Shown piece by piece: positions 26,431-32,000 of a DNA stretch of 32,000 nucleotides. The DNA is from Candidatus Harpocratesius repetitus. Its GTDB lineage: Archaea > Asgardarchaeota > Lokiarchaeia > Sigyniarchaeales > Promethearchaeaceae. The translations under genes and the position numbers were made by a program. Position 1 is the first letter of the stretch; every line of letters begins with the position of its first letter. The stretch spans positions 660,001-692,000 of the forward strand of contig JAIZWK010000001.1 in the NCBI GenBank assembly GCA_021498095.1. The letters run 5' to 3'. A model generated the notes under the pieces. It was given only the letters and a program-made list of their open reading frames with translations. It searched no databases and was not told where the DNA came from.

Positions 26431-27819
26431 TTAATATTGATTAGAGTTCTTTTTTTGATGTTTCCCAGTAATTACTGCAATTACTGGAATGAGTAATCCC
26501 GCAAACATAATGCCTTCCCAACCGAAAGGAACGGTTCTTTTACTGGCAGTATCATTTGCAACTGGGGAAGGACCTGGATCTGGAATATATACTCTATCAA
26601 TCCCACGAACACCATCTGCAATATATAAGTAATCTCCCACGACTTGAAGATTATATGCATTTCCTAAAGAATTATAGACAACATTTGTTTTATTAGTAAG
26701 ATCTAATGGATTTTCGATATCAATAAAAAAGGTTCCATTATCAGGTGTGTTGTAGAATAGAATATTATCATGTAATAATAATTGTTGGCCTGGATTCAAA
26801 GTGAAATTTACTGCATTAACTAACTGTGGAGAAACTATGTCTGAAATATTGTAGATAAGCAATCCATTATAGCTTGTTGAAAGAAATATGAAATTATTTT
26901 TTATTTCAATATCATTAAACGTATCATTTGTTAATGAAATAGTAGAAATAATTTCAGATGAATCAATATTTGAGATATTCAGAAATTTCAAAGCATGTTC
27001 AGATGGAATAGAATAGATTATAAGATTTGTTGATATTTCTATGCTTGAAACTGTTTTATTCGATTCTAAATGAAGAATATTCGAAGGATTAGATGAATTT
27101 GAACAATCATATACATACAGTCCCGAATTTTCAGTTCCAAATATCAGTTTTGAATTATTAAATTGCATTTGAGTTATAGAGCAATTTGTTGGAATATTTC
27201 CTAAATCAATAATAACTGAAGGATTTGAAACATCAAGAATTCGAATTCCATAATTATGATCTGCCAAATATAGCGTAGTTGCGCTTTTTTCAATCAAACG
27301 TGCGTCAATATCTCTAATATAATACTTTCCCAATAATTCTCGATGATTATAATTTTGAATATTTATAATTAACAATCCATTTTCTCCATCAGCAACATAA
27401 GCAGTATTATTATCAATAATAATATCATAAGTATCTGCAGGATTAGTAACTTGGTCTTTATAATCACTATAAGTAACTAAAGTGAAACATGCAGTTGAAA
27501 CAAGCATAAATATAAAAAAGAAAGCTCCAATCCCAGTTTTAAGTATTTGTTTCCAATCCCATTGTTCTTTTTTATAAGGAAGGCGAAAAATCAGAAAACT
27601 CTGAATAAATGGCCATATTAATATAAATCCGACTAAATAAAGAAACATCCACCATCCACGTAGATCAAAAACAAGAACACCAAATAATGCAGAAATTACA
27701 GCAACTATTACTTTAACCCAATAAAACTTTTCTTCAATCGTTCGTTTTTTATTTTTCTCTTCTTCAATTGCTTTCTTTTTTGTTTTAACAAGATATTTGG
27801 GTTTTCTTTTTCTTACCAT
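26431..27819 (-). CDS. Membrane protein: N-terminal 3-TM (EMC6/Rab5ip-like) module, LVIVD-repeat beta-propeller, C-terminal VPFG-TM anchor
   Basis: Basic N-terminus and three TMs (aa about 32-116). About seven LVIVD-type repeats (AYVADGENGLLIINI, LYLADHNYGIRILDVSNP, YLYIADGVRGI). Many sequons. Ends in TVPFGW + TM + KHQKK. Confidence 0.88.
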   Translation of the reverse strand: MVRKRKPKYLVKTKKKAIEEEKNKKRTIEEKFYWVKVIVAVISALFGVLVFDLRGWWMFLYLVGFILIWPFIQSFLIFRLPYKKEQWDWKQILKTGIGAFFFIFMLVSTACFTLVTYSDYKDQVTNPADTYDIIIDNNTAYVADGENGLLIINIQNYNHRELLGKYYIRDIDARLIEKSATTLYLADHNYGIRILDVSNPSVIIDLGNIPTNCSITQMQFNNSKLIFGTENSGLYVYDCSNSSNPSNILHLESNKTVSSIEISTNLIIYSIPSEHALKFLNISNIDSSEIISTISLTNDTFNDIEIKNNFIFLSTSYNGLLIYNISDIVSPQLVNAVNFTLNPGQQLLLHDNILFYNTPDNGTFFIDIENPLDLTNKTNVVYNSLGNAYNLQVVGDYLYIADGVRGIDRVYIPDPGPSPVANDTASKRTVPFGWEGIMFAGLLIPVIAVITGKHQKKNSNQY

Positions 27820-27892
27820 ACATTATAAAAATAGAAAATATCAAAAAAATTTGTTGCTTTCTTAAAAGTGAGAAATTCTAAATTTTACTTTC

Positions 27893-28390
27893 TTAAAAGC
27901 TTGTTCGTAAGATTTCATCTTGATATACAATACGTTCACAATAAGTGCACGCAATTTTAAGAGGATCATCAGAAATTACCCTAAATTTTGTTATAACTGG
28001 TTCTCTTTCAACATTTGTAATACATTTTTCATTTGGACATTTAATGATTCCTTGAATAATATCAGGAATTTTAACCACAAACTTCTTTACTACTTTATAA
28101 TCCTCGATAAAAGAAACTTTACATTTAGGAGAAATAATCGCAATCTGGTGGATTTGCTTTTGATCTAACATAATATTTTCGACTTTTACAATATCCTTTT
28201 TACCACTTTGAGATGAATTTGATTTGACATTTATCCCAACTGTGATTAAACTACCATCTTTTCCTTCTAATCCGAGAATTTTCAACACTGAAAAAGCGAA
28301 TCCTTCTTTAATATGATCTATTACTGTTCCTCGCTGAATTTTCTCAACATAGAGCCTTTTTCCATCTTTACTTAAGTTATCTGAATTCAT
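27893..28390 (-). CDS. pyrI: Aspartate carbamoyltransferase regulatory chain
   Basis: LYVEKIQRGTVIDHI, KKDIVKVE, IAIISP, Zn site CPNEKCIT...CTYCER. Confidence 0.97.
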   Translation of the reverse strand: MNSDNLSKDGKRLYVEKIQRGTVIDHIKEGFAFSVLKILGLEGKDGSLITVGINVKSNSSQSGKKDIVKVENIMLDQKQIHQIAIISPKCKVSFIEDYKVVKKFVVKIPDIIQGIIKCPNEKCITNVEREPVITKFRVISDDPLKIACTYCERIVYQDEILRTSF

Positions 28391-28468
28391 TGTTCTCAAC
28401 TAATTAATAATGTCTGTAATATCAAAATATTCTAAAAATATTAATTCTTTTATTTCAAAATTAATACG

Positions 28469-29353
28469 TTGGTGGATGTCATTATTCGCAAGAATCGAAA
28501 TGAAATAATTGAGGAAATTAATTCTTTAATGGAAAAAATGAATTGGAATCTACAAATAAAAATAGAAAATGTAGAATTTCAAAAGAGCAAAAAAAATTAT
28601 GTTTTGAAAATCTTTAATTTACCAAGAAATTTAGAAGAAAAATTCCATGTTAAAGATATAATTATAAAATATTTTGATCGTTCCATTCCAGATTCAGAAT
28701 CAAGATGGAGGAATGAATTGCGGTGGTATAGTTATTTTTTAAAAAATCCTTTTGATTCAAAAATTAAAACAGCTCAACTATTATATTCACATCCTTTTCT
28801 CTTATTTTTTCGATATATTCCAGGAAAAAATTTACAAAATTTGCTTATCGAGCAAAATTTGAATAATTATTTAATAGAATCTCTATCTAAATGGTTTTCA
28901 TATCTTCACCAGCAAAAACTTATATTCAAAGATGCTCGTTTGATTAATTTCTTAAGTGATAATCATAACAATTTATACATAATTGATCTTGAAGAAATCT
29001 CCCTAAATTCTGAATTTCTTTCCGATCTTGGAGAAATTTTATGTTCATTTATAACTTTAACACCAGGAATATTCGAAGGATATATCAATCCATATGCATT
29101 TTCTAAAATGATTTTATTCTTACAATATTACACAAATTTAAATTCAAATAAGAAAATTCTTCCAAAAGAGGCAGTATCATCAAAAATTTATGAATTTTCT
29201 TCGTTTTGGATAAATATTTTTATGCTAAGTCTAAAGAAAATTGCTACTCGTAGAAATCTAAAATTAAATCAAGAATACTTTACAAAAATAGAATCTCTTT
29301 TAACTTCTTGTTTGATTGAGTATATGAGAAAAAATCCATTTCCGAAGAGATAA
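28469..29353 (+). CDS. Protein-kinase-like fold phosphotransferase (Bud32/RIO/Kdo-WaaP-like)
   Basis: IIIKYF (Lys), NELRWY (alphaC Glu), FRYIPGKNL hinge, LHQQKLIFKDARLINF catalytic loop, IIDLE. Confidence 0.75.
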   Translation: MVDVIIRKNRNEIIEEINSLMEKMNWNLQIKIENVEFQKSKKNYVLKIFNLPRNLEEKFHVKDIIIKYFDRSIPDSESRWRNELRWYSYFLKNPFDSKIKTAQLLYSHPFLLFFRYIPGKNLQNLLIEQNLNNYLIESLSKWFSYLHQQKLIFKDARLINFLSDNHNNLYIIDLEEISLNSEFLSDLGEILCSFITLTPGIFEGYINPYAFSKMILFLQYYTNLNSNKKILPKEAVSSKIYEFSSFWINIFMLSLKKIATRRNLKLNQEYFTKIESLLTSCLIEYMRKNPFPKR

Positions 29354-29692
29354 ACAAATTGCTTTAAATCGAGAAGGATTACTATAAAAAATTCGATTGT
29401 GAGGACATTCATCATCTAATATACATTTATTTCTTGATTGATCAAAGATCATTGGATAAAAACGACATCCCATTGGTCGAATGGGATAAATTAAACACTT
29501 TTTTTCGTTTGGAATGTAAAATACACAATGATCATCTATATTTTTTAATCGATAAAATCGACCATCAAATTCAAAAAAATCTATATTTTGAGACTTTTTA
29601 GAAAAATAATCTAAAATTCGCTGAACATCATCAGAAGAAAGTATCATTTCAGTGTGTGTACAACAAATTCCACAAGATTGACAAATTTTCAT
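29300..29692 (-). CDS. YkgJ-family (CxxCxxCC) cysteine-cluster protein
   Basis: CQSCGICC, HCVFY, CLIYPIRPMGCRFYP, C...C. Confidence 0.92.
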   Translation of the reverse strand: MKICQSCGICCTHTEMILSSDDVQRILDYFSKKSQNIDFFEFDGRFYRLKNIDDHCVFYIPNEKKCLIYPIRPMGCRFYPMIFDQSRNKCILDDECPHNRIFYSNPSRFKAICLSLRKWIFSHILNQTRS

Positions 29693-29733
29693 GATTAGTA
29701 AGAAAAAATGAGAAAAATACCTTAAAAAAGAAT

Positions 29734-29922
29734 TTATTGTTTAGAATTGATTTTTTGGTACATATTTTTAGATATTCTATGAATATATCCGCGTTTATAA
29801 AATTGTTTCAAAATATTTCGTGCTTCCCGTGCATCTTCTCTTTCCATATCGAGTACAGCCATAAATTGATAAATTGAGAAGTTTTCTGGTAATAATTGTT
29901 CAATTAAATTGTAAAGACCCAT
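29734..29922 (-). CDS. Small winged-helix-like protein
   Basis: 62 aa; helix pattern ending ARNILKQFYKRGYIHRISKNMYQK, typical of a wHTH wing. Confidence 0.65.
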   Translation of the reverse strand: MGLYNLIEQLLPENFSIYQFMAVLDMEREDAREARNILKQFYKRGYIHRISKNMYQKINSKQ

Positions 29923-30039
29923 ATTATTCAGCTTTGATCAAGAATTTATAATTTAATAAGAAATTCAATTGTACATAAATTTTAACTTTTTTGGGTGTAC
30001 TTTTTAATCACACAAAGAATTAATCTGGATCGATCTTCT

Positions 30040-32000
30040 ATGGAAAAAAAAAAAATAAAATTCATAATAATCATAATATTCATTCTTTCATTTGTTCCAA
30101 TTTCATTCTATAAACTTAATTATTTTACTGATAGTAATATAACAGAGAATTCTTTTGATAAAATTGCTTATACATCAATCCAATCAACTATTTTAAAAGA
30201 TCTTTTTCCTTCATCAATAACAGCACAAGAAAAAGACCAAGTTTTAATTGATCAAGATTTATCCAATTATGTTTTTATCATTTTTGATGAATCAGTAAAC
30301 TTTGATCAACGAGATTCCCTTATTGAAAAGATTGATAGAAATGCTCAAATAAAATATAATTATAAATATATTCCTGTAGTATCAGTTAAATTTTCTCAAG
30401 ATATCAACAAAATATACCTAAATAATCAAAATTCTTTTTATGGAATAAAAAAAATAACTAAAATTCATAAAACACAATTTGAGGAATATAATGATTTAAG
30501 TAGTTTAAACAAAAATCAAACGAAAATTCTTGATGATCAGGTGAATTTAAATGAACTTTTGGAAAATTGGTGGTTAAATGCAATAGGTGTTGATAATGTT
30601 CCATATACAGGGAAAGGAGTAAAAATTGCAATCATAGATACTGGAATTTCAGTTCATCCTGATTTCTTTGAAAATGGAAATCCCAAATTTTCACGAATAG
30701 TTGCTAATGTCAATTTTAGCAGTGAAACAGGGGTTTTAGAAAAAAATTATTATTTTGATGATTATGGTCATGGAACTCATGTTGCAGGAATTGCTGCTGG
30801 AAGTGGATATCTTTCAAATGGCGAATATTGTGGCGTTGCCCCTCAGGCTCTTCTTTACAATGCAAAAATTTCAAATTCTTCTGGATTTATTCAAGAAGAT
30901 GATGTAGTCGCAGCAATTGAATGGTGCATAGATGAGCAAGTAGATATTATGAGTATGAGTTTTGGAGATATAAATCCCGAAGTTTGGACCGTTCAGACTC
31001 TTGCAATTCAAAAGGCGGTAAAAAATGGAATTCTCGCATTTTCTTCAGCTGGTAATAGTGGTCCTGGTTTTTTTACTTCTGGGACTCCTGCAAGTGGATT
31101 ATACTCAATAGCTGTTGGAGCTACAGATAAAAACAATCAAGTATCTTACTTTAGTAGTTGGGGTCCAACATTTTCTAATCAATTAAATCCTGAAATTTGT
31201 GCTCCTGGGGTTGATATTGTTGCTCCTTTATCAAAATCATCTATTTTAGATCTTGAATTCTCAATTAGAGATAAAATTGTTGGTTTGTCTTCAAATTTTG
31301 GTTATATCCCATTATCTGGAACAAGTATGGCCAGTCCAATGGCTGCTGGTGCTGCTGCTCTTTTAATCGAAGCTTTTCCTGAGGCTTCTCCTGAGACTAT
31401 AAGAAACGCCTTGATTTTGGGAGCATCTTCTTTAGAAACTAAGACTCTTGAGGGTGAGATGGTGAGAGATGGTGCTGGATTAATCAATGTAAGTAAGTCT
31501 TTACAAATTTTAAATGAATGGAATTCTTCTATCGATGGAGTCAATAATAATGCTCGTTTATTTCCTCGGATTTTTCCATATTCTCCATTTGATTTTTTTA
31601 AATATCCAGGAGAAGCGGTACTTTTAAATTATACCCTAATTATGGGTTCAGCTAAATCAATAGAATTGGAGCTTCCCCATATTTCTGGAATTAATTTCAG
31701 TATTCTTTCAGATGTTTCTTCACTTCATGAAAAAGTTATAACTATCCCAATTTATGCAAGAATTCTATATAATGCGACTCCTGGTACTTATTTTGGGAAT
31801 TTTACAATTAAGAACTCTGAATCTGGAATGATTTTAGATCAGATCTTTTTCAATATTTCTGTTGAAATTCCCAAAGCTAAGATTTTTTTTGATTCATACC
31901 ACGGATTGAATGATTTTTTTCCTAATAATATTAGCACATATTCCCAAATAGATTTGTATCACCTATTTTATTCATTATATTCCCAAGGATTTCAAGTAAT
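30040..32000 (+). CDS. Secreted subtilase (peptidase S8) with I9-like propeptide, 3'-truncated by the window edge; not in the ORF track
   Basis: Manual translation: signal MEKKKIKFIIIIIFILSF; triad motifs AIIDTG, DDYGHGTHVAGI and SGTSMASP; oxyanion SAGNSG. No stop before position 32000. Confidence 0.96.
   Translation, partial: MEKKKIKFIIIIIFILSFVPISFYKLNYFTDSNITENSFDKIAYTSIQSTILKDLFPSSITAQEKDQVLIDQDLSNYVFIIFDESVNFDQRDSLIEKIDRNAQIKYNYKYIPVVSVKFSQDINKIYLNNQNSFYGIKKITKIHKTQFEEYNDLSSLNKNQTKILDDQVNLNELLENWWLNAIGVDNVPYTGKGVKIAIIDTGISVHPDFFENGNPKFSRIVANVNFSSETGVLEKNYYFDDYGHGTHVAGIAAGSGYLSNGEYCGVAPQALLYNAKISNSSGFIQEDDVVAAIEWCIDEQVDIMSMSFGDINPEVWTVQTLAIQKAVKNGILAFSSAGNSGPGFFTSGTPASGLYSIAVGATDKNNQVSYFSSWGPTFSNQLNPEICAPGVDIVAPLSKSSILDLEFSIRDKIVGLSSNFGYIPLSGTSMASPMAAGAAALLIEAFPEASPETIRNALILGASSLETKTLEGEMVRDGAGLINVSKSLQILNEWNSSIDGVNNNARLFPRIFPYSPFDFFKYPGEAVLLNYTLIMGSAKSIELELPHISGINFSILSDVSSLHEKVITIPIYARILYNATPGTYFGNFTIKNSESGMILDQIFFNISVEIPKAKIFFDSYHGLNDFFPNNISTYSQIDLYHLFYSLYSQGFQV

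Noticed and set aside
24254-28168. ORFs 24254-24442, 25302-25496 and 27920-28168
   Set aside because: Antisense or alternate-frame ORFs within rqcH and pyrI.
31302-31544. Minus-strand 80-aa ORF
   Set aside because: Antisense to the subtilase catalytic Ser region.
1-32000. tRNA/rRNA genes (including tRNA-Sec) and UGA read-through selenoproteins
   Set aside because: No GC-rich cloverleaf-like or rRNA-like stretch was seen in the gaps. The recognised enzymes are complete at their annotated stops. This was an eye scan only; tRNAscan-SE/Infernal would be decisive.

Overview
Very AT-rich, gene-dense archaeal chromosomal window. It is most consistent with an Asgard archaeon (Lokiarchaeia/Promethearchaeia-like): a Roadblock/LC7 protein, archaeal-type SelB, IPSY/VPFG-TM-basic C-terminal surface anchors, several Zn-finger/coiled-coil proteins and archaeal housekeeping genes. 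The taxon is inferred, not searched. Left third (minus strand): purine-salvage cluster mtnP-hpt-ade, then an ABC importer operon (binding protein, fused double permease, two different ATPases; the last ATPase runs off the window and is missing from the ORF track). Middle: beta-CASP nuclease, Nudix CoA pyrophosphatase, SelB, Roadblock, a surface protein with about 2.9 near-identical 516-bp internal repeats plus a DUF4430 gene, HIT, degenerate NIF3, thyX, DUF2095 and two CdrS-like RHH regulators. Right: rqcH, an EMC6-like/LVIVD-propeller membrane fusion, pyrI, a kinase-like protein, a YkgJ-type Cys-cluster protein and a partial subtilase (also missing from the ORF track). I saw no rRNA, tRNA, CRISPR array or mobile element. 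Best leads: (1) an EMC6-like 3-TM module fused to an extracytoplasmic beta-propeller; (2) an importer whose two ATPases pool their degenerate motifs into one composite nucleotide site; (3) a subtilase with a site-1-protease-like post-catalytic region; (4) a Zn-ribbon inserted into MTAP; (5) the synonymous-only 516-bp repeats. All family assignments are by-eye motif recognition; no database searches were run.
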